Shown here piece after piece: positions 28,081 to 37,054 of a stretch of 64,000 nt of DNA. The stretch spans positions 156,544 to 220,543 of the forward strand of contig WJJZ01000010.1 in the NCBI GenBank assembly GCA_014729395.1. The letters are read 5' to 3'. The notes beneath the pieces were generated by a model that saw nothing but the letters and a program-made list of their open reading frames with translations, ran no database searches and had not been told where the DNA came from. Source of the DNA: Candidatus Magasanikiibacteriota bacterium. Its GTDB lineage: Bacteria > Patescibacteriota > Patescibacteriia > Magasanikbacterales > UBA922. The position numbers were made by a program, and so were the translations under genes. The stretch's first letter is position 1, and every line of letters starts with the position of its first letter.

Positions 28081-28821
28081 TTACTCTATTACACAAAATG
28101 CGGCAATTCTGTCATCCACAGTAATCGCATCCGAAGATATACCTTGTGAAATATATTTTTCATCATCTTTTATTAACCAATCCCTGACAGGAACTTCAAT
28201 TGAAAAATTTACCAACTTGTCTTTTGCCTCGGTAATCGGATATGTCGGATATATCACCTCCAAAATTACTTCAAAATATTCCTTTTTTTCCTCTCCTCCC
28301 GGATTGTTATCAATTATAAAATCACCACCAAGTGCTTTTACCCTACCATCAAAATTTTTGATATATCGATCAAGATGAATTGGTGAGGCTATAATATCGT
28401 CTGTTCCTTTTTTTCTAATATATAATTTATCCACAAACACTTCATCAGCTATAGAAAATTTTATATCCATTGGATATTTTTCAATCCGGCTATCTTTGTT
28501 TGCCTTTGCCCAAAATGTTAACAATTTTATTTGACCCAATGTAACATTAAAACTCTGTCTGGTCCCCAAAAATTCACAACTCGCATTATCCAAACCAAAT
28601 TCAATTACCACCCTTTCTTCGGAATCATCGGTGCCGCTTTCGAAAACCTCTTCTGCCACATTTTTGTCGAATTCTACCACAGTATCTTTACTGCCAAATA
28701 CCCGATCCTTAAATTCTGTTATTTTTTCCGTCACGGATTTTTGGTTGGGTTGATTTATGTTTTCACAACCCGCACCCATAAATACGAGTACTAAAACTAA
28801 TAATATATATTTTTTAAGCAT
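28081..28821 (-). CDS. Hypothetical lipoprotein
   Basis: Signal peptide with lipobox FMGAGC; 246 aa. Confidence 0.45.
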   Translation of the reverse strand: MLKKYILLVLVLVFMGAGCENINQPNQKSVTEKITEFKDRVFGSKDTVVEFDKNVAEEVFESGTDDSEERVVIEFGLDNASCEFLGTRQSFNVTLGQIKLLTFWAKANKDSRIEKYPMDIKFSIADEVFVDKLYIRKKGTDDIIASPIHLDRYIKNFDGRVKALGGDFIIDNNPGGEEKKEYFEVILEVIYPTYPITEAKDKLVNFSIEVPVRDWLIKDDEKYISQGISSDAITVDDRIAAFCVIE

Positions 28822-28908
28822 ATTTTCAAATTCATTTAAATTATATCAAAAAATGATTTTATTACAATAAAAAAACCGCACACAAAGCATTTGCATACGG
28901 CCACCATT

Positions 28909-29997
28909 CTATTCATCAACAAGCCAATTCAATAGAAGTGAATAGGATCCAAAACATGCTTCTATTGATTCTTCCATCCATTCTTGATCCCCTTCGGGAA
29001 AGAATGCCCCCCATAAATCACGCTTTGATTGACGATAAAAATTGTCACTGACTTTATTTCTGTTTTGACGCACCCAATTAGCCCTCACTAACCTTTCAAC
29101 CGAATCTTTAACAGGAAGAACTCCTATTTCGAGGGCGACGGGCAAAAACTCAATGCCCGGTTTCCACCTCATAATTCCCGATAAAATATCGCCGGAAATT
29201 TTGCTGGAAATGGAAGACTCGGTATTGGGAAACTGACAACAGTCACCAAAAGTGGCAACTGTTCTGGCTCTTAGACCTATTTCTTCCGGAAAAGCCGGAG
29301 ACAATATCACTCCTTCGGCCCTTTCTCCCAAACCGGTATGTACATCAAGTACAACCGCCTTCTTGGACTCTCCCAGGTAAAATTCTACAATATTTCGAAG
29401 AGTGGTAATATTCCATGATTCTTCGGTGCCCCCAAAAAACAAACTGTCAGGATATTTATATTGACCCTGAGAGAATATTTGCTTGAACTTCTCTAGACCC
29501 AAATCCCGAACTCTGGCTAACAAATTGGCACCAGCTTGATCAGACCACTCATCAGGAAGCAATACATCAAGAATTAGTTCATGATCTGAACTATCTGTAT
29601 CCAAAGCTTTGGAAAAAGCATTTCTATTTAAGTCTATATTATCTTCATTGGTTCTCTCACCATATTTAAAACCCCAGGGATTTAAAGCAAAAATTAATAA
29701 TATATTAACCCCTTCCGGCATTACATCCGAATAATCAGCAGCTAATTTATTCAACAATCTTAACTGGAACTCAGCGCCAATCGGGCCCTCCAATCCATGT
29801 GTGCCGGATATCACAACGGCGGTTCTGTCAGCTTCGCCTCTGGAAATAAAAATAGAATCAATGGATATGTTATCGGAAGAAATTTCACCACCATTTTTAA
29901 AAAACCGCTGATGCATGCATAGGCATCCCAGCTGAGTGGTGGCTGTAGAGATTCTTCTTCTATACTTATCATACAAGGTCTTCATATCACCTCCCAA
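28909..29997 (-). CDS. M14-family zinc carboxypeptidase-like protein (succinylglutamate desuccinylase/aspartoacylase-like; DUF2817-like)
   Basis: ISGTHGLEGPIG (HxxE zinc site) and NPWGFKYGERTNEDNIDLNRN (M14 NPxG...DLNR signature), late His in VLDVHTGLG. Confidence 0.55.
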   Translation of the reverse strand: MGGDMKTLYDKYRRRISTATTQLGCLCMHQRFFKNGGEISSDNISIDSIFISRGEADRTAVVISGTHGLEGPIGAEFQLRLLNKLAADYSDVMPEGVNILLIFALNPWGFKYGERTNEDNIDLNRNAFSKALDTDSSDHELILDVLLPDEWSDQAGANLLARVRDLGLEKFKQIFSQGQYKYPDSLFFGGTEESWNITTLRNIVEFYLGESKKAVVLDVHTGLGERAEGVILSPAFPEEIGLRARTVATFGDCCQFPNTESSISSKISGDILSGIMRWKPGIEFLPVALEIGVLPVKDSVERLVRANWVRQNRNKVSDNFYRQSKRDLWGAFFPEGDQEWMEESIEACFGSYSLLLNWLVDE

Positions 29998-30032
29998 TGT
30001 TGGAATGAACGTCTTCTAAAAATATATAAGCA

Positions 30033-30060
30033 TAAAAAAAAGCCCGGGTCAAACCGGGTA
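30033..30060 (-). terminator. Rho-independent terminator after tRNA-Thr(GGT)
   Basis: Minus strand CCCGGTTTGACCCGGG hairpin followed by T8. Confidence 0.6.
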
Positions 30061-30069
30061 ATATTTAAT

Positions 30070-30145
30070 TGGAGCCGACATGCGGGATTGAACCGCAGAC
30101 CTCATCCTTACCATGGATGCGCTCTACCAACTGAGCTATGTCGGC
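30070..30145 (-). tRNA. tRNA-Thr (anticodon GGT), CCA encoded
   Basis: Acceptor GCCGACA/TGTCGGC, D arm GCTC-AGTTGGTA-GAGC, anticodon stem CATCC/GGATG with loop ATGGTAA, T arm TGCGG-TTCAATC-CCGCA, discriminator T + CCA. Confidence 0.85.
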
Positions 30146-30283
30146 ATGACTTCGTTAAAACTACGTCATACGCAGCACGACTTCGTTAAAACTACGTCAC
30201 CACTCGTAATTTTCGTCATGCAACTGCTTGCCCGCCGAAGTCCGGAGCTTGTCGAGGAACGAAGGCGGGAGCTATGTCGGCAT
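30146..30283 (-). repeat. Structured tRNA-Thr leader: two tandem copies of a 22-nt upstream motif (GTAGTTTTAACGAAGTC core), a conserved about 48-nt CGCC...GGCG stem element, and a 15-nt repeat of the tRNA 5' end (ATGCCGACATAGCTC)
   Basis: Direct sequence comparison with the tRNA-Val leader (3135-3203) and the tRNA-Thr(TGT) upstream region. Confidence 0.6.
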
Positions 30284-30399
30284 ATAAAAATAATAACTAA
30301 ACTATAATTATACAAATATTTTACAATAATTATTGTTTAATTATGGTCAAATTATGGTCAAATTATAGTACAATTATTATACCTTTCTGTCAATTGAAA

Positions 30400-31488
30400 C
30401 TATTTTTTCATAAAAATCGTCTGAGTCGGATATGCCAAATCAATATTCTCTTTTTCAAATACTTTCAATATTTCCATATTTAATTCATGTTTAACCGCTA
30501 CAAATTTTGCAAAATCTGGTGGTTCAACAACATAGACAACTTCATAATTTACACTCGAATCAGCAAACTCCATCAAATAACATCTTTTAAATTCGGCTCC
30601 TTTAATATTTTTGATTATTTTTTCAATTATTTCAGGAATTTTGATTAATTTTTCCTTTGGAGTTTCATAGGTCACAGACAATACAAACTTATCCTGTCTC
30701 TGTTTCATTTTCTTTAAATTTTGAATTCTTACTGTTGTAAGTTCTTTATTGGAAACGACCAACTCTTCTCCTCTAATAGTTCTTATGCGAGTTGATTTTA
30801 AACCGATTCTTTCAACAGTACCGGAATCAGTCCCCACCACTATCGTATCTCCAACTTTAAAAGGCTTATCCACAAAAATTGAAAAAGAGCTAAACATGTC
30901 ACTTAGAATATTTTGTACAGCCAATGCAATAGCAATACCGCCAATACCAAGACTGGCAACCAACGAAGTGACATTTATACCCAAATTGGATAATATTACC
31001 AAAATCGCTATTAGCCACATTGCGGCTACGGTAAAAGTACGCACTATTCTCATCATTGACTTTGCCTGCTGTTTTTCCACATTGTCTTTTTCTTCGTCTT
31101 CAATATATTTTTTTGTATAAAAATCAATTACCTGTTCAATCGCTCTAATCACTTCAAGCACAACTATTGCCACTAAAATCACAAACAGCAATTTGTTGGC
31201 AAAATCAGAATAATTTAAAAACCGTAATGCTAAAAATAAAGCAAATAGAAAATAAAATGGTGGCCGGACATTAGAAAATATTTCAATCAATAAATCATCC
31301 GCCTCTGTTTCAGTTTTTTCGGCCAATTTTTTTAATTTTCGCAATATCACAACTTGAAAAATTTTCAAAATAATAATCGCTCCAACAAAGACAAGGATTG
31401 TCAACAAATAATCCCAGCCGCTATTGCCTAAAAATTCAAAAGCTTTTAGTTGGTCTATATATTGGCTTAGGTAATTCATATGTTTCAA
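30400..31488 (-). CDS. Small-conductance mechanosensitive channel (MscS family)
   Basis: TM3 pore helix GIGGIAIALAVQNILSDMFSS followed by the beta domain KVGDTIVVGTDSGTVERIGLKSTRIRT. Confidence 0.85.
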   Translation of the reverse strand: MKHMNYLSQYIDQLKAFEFLGNSGWDYLLTILVFVGAIIILKIFQVVILRKLKKLAEKTETEADDLLIEIFSNVRPPFYFLFALFLALRFLNYSDFANKLLFVILVAIVVLEVIRAIEQVIDFYTKKYIEDEEKDNVEKQQAKSMMRIVRTFTVAAMWLIAILVILSNLGINVTSLVASLGIGGIAIALAVQNILSDMFSSFSIFVDKPFKVGDTIVVGTDSGTVERIGLKSTRIRTIRGEELVVSNKELTTVRIQNLKKMKQRQDKFVLSVTYETPKEKLIKIPEIIEKIIKNIKGAEFKRCYLMEFADSSVNYEVVYVVEPPDFAKFVAVKHELNMEILKVFEKENIDLAYPTQTIFMKK

Positions 31489-31635
31489 AAATTGGTATTA
31501 TTATAATAATAAAAAATATTTTTTTTAATTCACGTCCGCCCGCTGGAAAAAAGCTAGTTAAATTCAATAATTTTGTCTCCGGTTTTCGCCAGCAAAGTCA
31601 GTCAGCCATGAATCCTGTATCGTGTTCCATTATAC

Positions 31636-32496
31636 CTACTTTTGGCATTTGGGGCAATACGTGGTCCCCCTACCCGCTAATTTAATTTTTTTTAACTCTG
31701 TCTTGCATTTTTTGCACTTTTTACCCGAACGTCCATAAACCTTCAAGTGTTTTACAAAATTCCCCTGTCTACCGGAGCCGTCAAGATAATTTTTAAAGCT
31801 CGTTCCTCTTTTTTCGATTGCAATTTTTATAATTTTTTCCAAAGATTTAAATAATTCCTTTTTCTCAAGTTTAGATAATTGGTTTATTTTTCTACCCGGC
31901 CTGATTCCGGCATCAAAACAAACTTCATCTGCATAAATATTTCCAATTCCAGAAATAGCTTTCTGATTTAAAAGCAAAGCTTTTATATTGGTTTTTCTGT
32001 TTTTTAAAATTTCTAAAAAATTTTCAAATCTAAAACTCTTTGTTAACGGTTCCATACCAAATCCTTCCTTTATTTTTTTTAACTCTTTTTTGTCTACTAT
32101 TTGTAAATACCCAAAGCGACGCATGTCATTAAAATATAATTTGGATCCATCTGAAAAGATGAATTCTACTCTGGTAAATTTATTTTTTATGGATTTTTCC
32201 GACTCAGGCTCGGGATGACCCCCGGCAACAATCCTGTGGTCTTTTTCATAGATCAATTGACCGGTCATCTTTAAATGAATTAATAAATATTTGTCTTCCG
32301 GCATAACAAATATCAAGAGTTTCCCAATTCTATCTATATTTTTAAAATAATTATTTTTTATAGTATTTCTGAATTTACCCAAACTGCTATTTCTTATTCT
32401 GGCTTTTTGCGTTACTAAAAAAGTTTTGATTTTTTTATTTAAAATCAATTTTTTTAAATCACGCCGAATTGTTTCTACTTCCGGAAGTTCGGGCAT
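31636..32496 (-). CDS. mutM: Formamidopyrimidine-DNA glycosylase (Fpg/MutM; Fpg/Nei family)
   Basis: N-terminal MPELPEVE catalytic Pro2/Glu3, H2TH region, C-terminal CxxC-x16-CxxC zinc finger (CKKC...CPKC). Confidence 0.85.
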   Translation of the reverse strand: MPELPEVETIRRDLKKLILNKKIKTFLVTQKARIRNSSLGKFRNTIKNNYFKNIDRIGKLLIFVMPEDKYLLIHLKMTGQLIYEKDHRIVAGGHPEPESEKSIKNKFTRVEFIFSDGSKLYFNDMRRFGYLQIVDKKELKKIKEGFGMEPLTKSFRFENFLEILKNRKTNIKALLLNQKAISGIGNIYADEVCFDAGIRPGRKINQLSKLEKKELFKSLEKIIKIAIEKRGTSFKNYLDGSGRQGNFVKHLKVYGRSGKKCKKCKTELKKIKLAGRGTTYCPKCQK

Positions 32497-32630
32497 AAGA
32501 AGATGATATAATTGAAAAATTAACAGAAAAACACCCGTTTAGAGAGTGCTTTTTATTGTCTTTCAACTCGCTCCAGTCGCTTAGAAGAAAGTAGAACACC
32601 CTGAGAGGAGTGAAACCTGGAAAGACGAAA

Positions 32631-32714
<84 letters not shown>

Positions 32715-32795
32715 TTATAACAACAATTAACAATTAACTTTTTGAATATAATTTTTTAAAGTCTCTATAATGTTAATTGTTAAAGGTTGACCTAG

Positions 32796-32868
32796 AGCCA
32801 TCTCGGGGGTTCGAACCCCGGACCTACAGTTTACAAAACTGTTGCTCTACCAGCTGAGCTAAGATGGC
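32796..32868 (-). tRNA. tRNA-Thr (anticodon TGT)
   Basis: Acceptor GCCATCT/AGATGGC, D arm GCTC-AGCTGGTA-GAGC, anticodon stem ACAGT/ACTGT with loop TTTGTAA, T arm CGGGG-TTCGAAC-CCCCG. Confidence 0.85.
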
Positions 32869-32920
32869 ACGACTTCGTTAAAACTACCTAGTACAAAGCA
32901 TGACTTCAGCAAAACTATTC
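32869..32920 (-). promoter_or_regulatory. Tandem 22-nt upstream motif (two copies about 30 nt apart) abutting tRNA-Thr(TGT), shared with tRNA-Thr(GGT)
   Basis: Plus strand ggcACGACTTCGTTAAAACTAC...GCATGACTTCAGCAAAACTAT versus 30145-30199 ggcATGACTTCGTTAAAACTAC...GCACGACTTCGTTAAAACTAC; the minus-strand core GTAGTTTTAACGAAGTC ends exactly 2 nt before tRNA +1 in both loci. Confidence 0.5.
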
Positions 32921-33835
32921 CATTTCATCAATTCTTTGCCTAAAAGAAAGTAATTTTTGATTTTCCGGATTTACCATTCTCAGTCTTTTAAAAGCTTCTT
33001 CCGCATTGCTTTTTTGTCCAATAAGTATACTGATTTCAACCAATTTGTCAAGATACTTTGGATTTTGGGGTTCCAACTCAAGTGCCTGTAAAATTGCTTC
33101 ATTAGCCGCTCCATATTCCTCAACAGATTCCAATAATTCAGCAAATTTAGCAAAACGATTGGAAATATTCGGATTTAACAATATGGCTTTTTCATAATAC
33201 CGTATAGCTTCAGCGTAATTACCTTCTTTTTCGAATACATCTCCAAGTTTAATCAAAACATAATCATCGTCTTCATCAAGCTGTAATAAAAACTTATAGG
33301 TTTCTTTGGCCTCAGATAATTGACCTTGCTTTACATAAACATCTCCCAGACCTCTATAGGCGCTAATATTTTTTGCATCCACTCTAATCGCTTCTATATA
33401 TTTTTCTTCAGCTTTTTCATAATCTTCTTGTTCGTATGCTGCATCACCTTCCTTTAATAATTTGTCAACCTCTGACGTAATTTCCGAATCTTTTTGTTTT
33501 TCATTTTTTTCCGTGGCTTGTCTGACAACAGACTGAAGCTCTGTTTTTTCTCCGGCTTCCAGCTTTACCTTACCGACATATTTTCTAAACTTGATTTGAA
33601 TTTTTTTCCAAATCTCAATCAAAGGCTCAATCTTTTTTGTTATTTTTTCTTTATTTTCAATATTTTTTTTATCTACCCTCTTTTTCAAAAAGTCATCTTT
33701 CTTTTTTTCTTCTTTTACCTCCGGTAAATTTTCCACATCCAACAAAGTAAGCTGTGGAAATTTACGTATCAAAACTACTATTATTACCACTAAAGCCAAT
33801 AATACTAATATAAAAGGAATAATACTGTATGACAT
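32915..33835 (-). CDS. Membrane-anchored TPR-repeat protein
   Basis: N-terminal TM; Lys/Glu-rich linker; at least 5 TPR units (AYRGLGDVYVKQGQLSEA, AEAIRYYEKAILLNPN ...). Confidence 0.65.
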   Translation of the reverse strand: MSYSIIPFILVLLALVVIIVVLIRKFPQLTLLDVENLPEVKEEKKKDDFLKKRVDKKNIENKEKITKKIEPLIEIWKKIQIKFRKYVGKVKLEAGEKTELQSVVRQATEKNEKQKDSEITSEVDKLLKEGDAAYEQEDYEKAEEKYIEAIRVDAKNISAYRGLGDVYVKQGQLSEAKETYKFLLQLDEDDDYVLIKLGDVFEKEGNYAEAIRYYEKAILLNPNISNRFAKFAELLESVEEYGAANEAILQALELEPQNPKYLDKLVEISILIGQKSNAEEAFKRLRMVNPENQKLLSFRQRIDEME

Positions 33836-33860
33836 ATCAAATTATCAAGTGAAATTTGAA

Positions 33861-34631
33861 TCAGTTAATGTCTGATAATTCTTTTATTATTTCAGTAAAT
33901 GAGTCAATTTTCGTTGATGCACTACCAACCAAAACTCCGGAACAGTCTTCGAGCGCTACATATGATAACACATTTTTTTCATCTACGCTACCACCATATA
34001 ATATCGGAATTTCATTATCTGTATACTCTAAAATTTCTCTTTTTATCAATCCCATTACATCCTCAGCATCTGCTGGTGTGCATGGTTGCCCTTCTCCACC
34101 ATGAGAAATAGCCCAAACCGGCTCATATGCGATGATAATTTTATTATTTCCAATATCCAGATTATCAAAAACTTTCATTATCTGTTTTTTAATTCTGTAT
34201 TGGGTCTTGGATTCATCTTTGTCTTCTTTTGTTTCTCCAATACAAACAACCGGTGTCAAACCAACATCAAAACAGGATTCTACTTTTTTTCTTACATCTT
34301 CATTATTTTCTCCAAAAATATATCTTCTTTCAGAATGCCCTACTAAGGCATATTTTGCTCCCACTTCTTTGTATAAAAAAGCTGACAAAGCACCCGTATA
34401 AGCTCCTTGCGGAGCCCAGCTTACATTTTGTGCGCCGGTTTCAAAACCCATTGATACAATCTCTTTAAAAGCCAAAGCTGAAGGAAATATTATTAAGTTA
34501 TCCTCGGTATCCAAACTTTTTATTTGTTTTGCCAAATTTACCGACTCTTCATAATTAAGATACATTTTCCAATTGGCGAGAATATATTTCATAGTATAAT
34601 TATTAATAAATAATACTTTCCTTGTCAGCAT
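33861..34631 (-). CDS. tpiA: Triosephosphate isomerase
   Basis: ANWKMY, catalytic His in GHSERR, AYEPVWAI(S)G active-site Glu motif, GGSV phosphate loop. Confidence 0.9.
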   Translation of the reverse strand: MLTRKVLFINNYTMKYILANWKMYLNYEESVNLAKQIKSLDTEDNLIIFPSALAFKEIVSMGFETGAQNVSWAPQGAYTGALSAFLYKEVGAKYALVGHSERRYIFGENNEDVRKKVESCFDVGLTPVVCIGETKEDKDESKTQYRIKKQIMKVFDNLDIGNNKIIIAYEPVWAISHGGEGQPCTPADAEDVMGLIKREILEYTDNEIPILYGGSVDEKNVLSYVALEDCSGVLVGSASTKIDSFTEIIKELSDIN

Positions 34632-35862
34632 CGCCTATTACAGCCACTCTTAATTCAGATGGTCTGAAAACTTTTTTTGCCACCTTTTTGATATCCTCAT
34701 TTGTAACAGCATCAATTTTTTTCAATTTATCTTCCGGTGTACTAATCTTATCTTTAAAAAGCGCTTCACGTGCATACCAGTTCGCTTGCACGCTTGAGTC
34801 TTCCAACGAAAGAGCCAAAGAACCTCTAATATGTGTCTTTGCATCTTTTAATTCTCTTTTACTAACACCTTGACTAACAATTTTTTCTATTTCCGACTGT
34901 ATTACGCTTAGAGCTTTATTAATATTTTTGGTTTCCAATCCCACACGTATATATTCGTACCCGGTATCACGAAATTTTTCATTACCACTTCTTACCATAT
35001 ATGCCAAACCGCGTCTTTCTCTAATTTGAATAAATAAGCGCGAGCTCATAGAAGCACCCAGTACTGTATTTAATACCGATAAAATCGCATTATTATTATC
35101 GCCATATGGAAAGGCCGGATAGCCCATCATCATTTGAGCTTGATCAGTTTTTTTATCCTTCAGTATTAACCTATCCTTCTTAGCGCCAGCACCCAACTCA
35201 TAAGCTTTAAATCGCTTTGAAGAGTCCGTTTTTCTTGTTTTATTATGATCAAAATATTTTTCAATATCTTTTTTAACAGAATCATTAATTTTTCCGGCTG
35301 CAACTATTATTATATTATTACTCTGATAATGTTTAGTCTTGTAGCTCAAAACATCCTTTCGCTTGAAAGAAGCAACATCTTTTTCTTGACCGGCAATATC
35401 TCTACCCAAAGCTCCCTTGTACATTAATTCTTCAAATATATTTCCGATATTTATCAAAGGATTATCATTATACATTCGAATTTCCTCTATAATAACTTGC
35501 TTTTCTTTTTCCATTTCTTTGGAGTCAAATTTTGAATTGAAAAGCATATCAGACAAAATATCTGCAGCTTTGGAAAAATATTTACCATCCGCTTTTATAT
35601 AATAACCGGTGTATTCTTTTCCTGTAAAAGCATTATACTCAGCACCCAACTTGTCAATTTCACGAGTTAAACTAAGAGTGTTTTTTCTTTTATTGGTTCC
35701 TTTGAACATCATGTGTTCAATAAAATGAGATACACCGCTTAATTTCTCAGGCTCATATCTTGACCCAACCGGATACATAACGAGCAAAGTTGTGGATTTG
35801 GCACCCTGCTCCGGAATACAAATTACTTTAGCTTTATTTTGAAGTAAATATTTTTCAAACAT
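34603..35862 (-). CDS. M16-family (pitrilysin/insulinase-like) zinc peptidase
   Basis: Inverted zinc motif HFIEHMMFKGT (HxxEH) near the N-terminus, downstream Glu, two-domain size (419 aa). Confidence 0.8.
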   Translation of the reverse strand: MFEKYLLQNKAKVICIPEQGAKSTTLLVMYPVGSRYEPEKLSGVSHFIEHMMFKGTNKRKNTLSLTREIDKLGAEYNAFTGKEYTGYYIKADGKYFSKAADILSDMLFNSKFDSKEMEKEKQVIIEEIRMYNDNPLINIGNIFEELMYKGALGRDIAGQEKDVASFKRKDVLSYKTKHYQSNNIIIVAAGKINDSVKKDIEKYFDHNKTRKTDSSKRFKAYELGAGAKKDRLILKDKKTDQAQMMMGYPAFPYGDNNNAILSVLNTVLGASMSSRLFIQIRERRGLAYMVRSGNEKFRDTGYEYIRVGLETKNINKALSVIQSEIEKIVSQGVSKRELKDAKTHIRGSLALSLEDSSVQANWYAREALFKDKISTPEDKLKKIDAVTNEDIKKVAKKVFRPSELRVAVIGDADKESIIY

Positions 35863-35864
35863 AA

Positions 35865-37034
35865 CTATTCTTTATTTTGTTTCAATTTAAGTTCATCCTT
35901 TTTTTTAGTCAACATATCTTTGCCTTTAGTTTTAACAAAAAATATAATAGCGCCCACGACAATAACCAACACTATGACAAGAGCAATAATATTATGAAAT
36001 ATCATTGAAATAACAATTGTTACCACCGATAAAACAAAAGCAATGATAAAAGTAAGCAATTTTACCAGACCACGACTAAGCGAACCCATAAAAGGAAGCA
36101 CATCGAGCAAGGTACTAATGGGCTCAAGAACCATCATCAATCCTACCCACATTAAGATCAAACCCAGTATTCGTAAAACCCAAATACTCCAGGTATATTC
36201 ACTGTGCATCTGTACTACAGCTTGCTCCGGTGTACCGGAAAACATTCTATATATTGTTGCTCCTTCTTTTTGGTCGGTATAAGGAACAATTGACGATCCG
36301 CTCAATTTACCAAAAACCGTCACATCTTGATTCGGTCTTAACACTTTATACATTATACGGATATCCCCGACTTCCGGTCCATCAGAATAAGATTTTTCTT
36401 TGTATATATAATTATTCCGGATAGAGGTTAAATATTCATCTCCAAAATCTACCAAATCTTCACTCAACATCAGTTCATCGCCCGACAGCAAACTCATCTT
36501 CTGCGGATCAATTTTATATACTCCCACTTTTGCTTCCTCGACAACAAAAGTCTCCGATTGTATATCCAAAGAAGGATTTTCATGCCCTTCGCTGACCTTA
36601 AAACCGGAAGAATTTTGAGGATTTGAAGTCCATTCCTTTTCATAAGAATAGGTAGTCTCTGTTGTTTCACTACCTCCGTAATTAATCTCTGAACTTGATT
36701 CACTTTTTTCAACCCATGCATACATCTCTACAATTCTTTCAACTTTTACATAGTCACCTTGTTCCAAATACATATCATCCGAGAGTGTTTCTTCCGTAGT
36801 TAGAACTCCTGTTGTAGAAATCAAACTACCTTCCAAAGGATCATCGGTAAATTCCGTAGACGGAATGTTTATCGCTTCACTTGCAATCGTCGACAGGTCC
36901 AATCGCCCTTCATTCCAGTAAAGCAGTACAAATGATGCAATGAATAAAAGGATTCCTATAAAAATCCCTTTGAAAGACCTACCAAGACGTGTCCCCCAAC
37001 CTGTCTTGGTGGTTTCGGTATATTGATCGGGCAT
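35865..37034 (-). CDS. Hypothetical membrane protein (N-terminal TM, large extracytoplasmic domain, C-terminal TM bundle)
   Basis: Topology by hydrophobicity only. Confidence 0.4.
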   Translation of the reverse strand: MPDQYTETTKTGWGTRLGRSFKGIFIGILLFIASFVLLYWNEGRLDLSTIASEAINIPSTEFTDDPLEGSLISTTGVLTTEETLSDDMYLEQGDYVKVERIVEMYAWVEKSESSSEINYGGSETTETTYSYEKEWTSNPQNSSGFKVSEGHENPSLDIQSETFVVEEAKVGVYKIDPQKMSLLSGDELMLSEDLVDFGDEYLTSIRNNYIYKEKSYSDGPEVGDIRIMYKVLRPNQDVTVFGKLSGSSIVPYTDQKEGATIYRMFSGTPEQAVVQMHSEYTWSIWVLRILGLILMWVGLMMVLEPISTLLDVLPFMGSLSRGLVKLLTFIIAFVLSVVTIVISMIFHNIIALVIVLVIVVGAIIFFVKTKGKDMLTKKKDELKLKQNKE

Positions 37035-37054
37035 AAAATTTAATTAATGTCTAA

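Noticed and set aside
33856-34468. Several 70-90-aa plus-strand ORFs inside tpiA and the M16 peptidase 3' region
   Set aside because: They are antisense to confidently identified conserved genes and consist of AT-rich low-complexity translation
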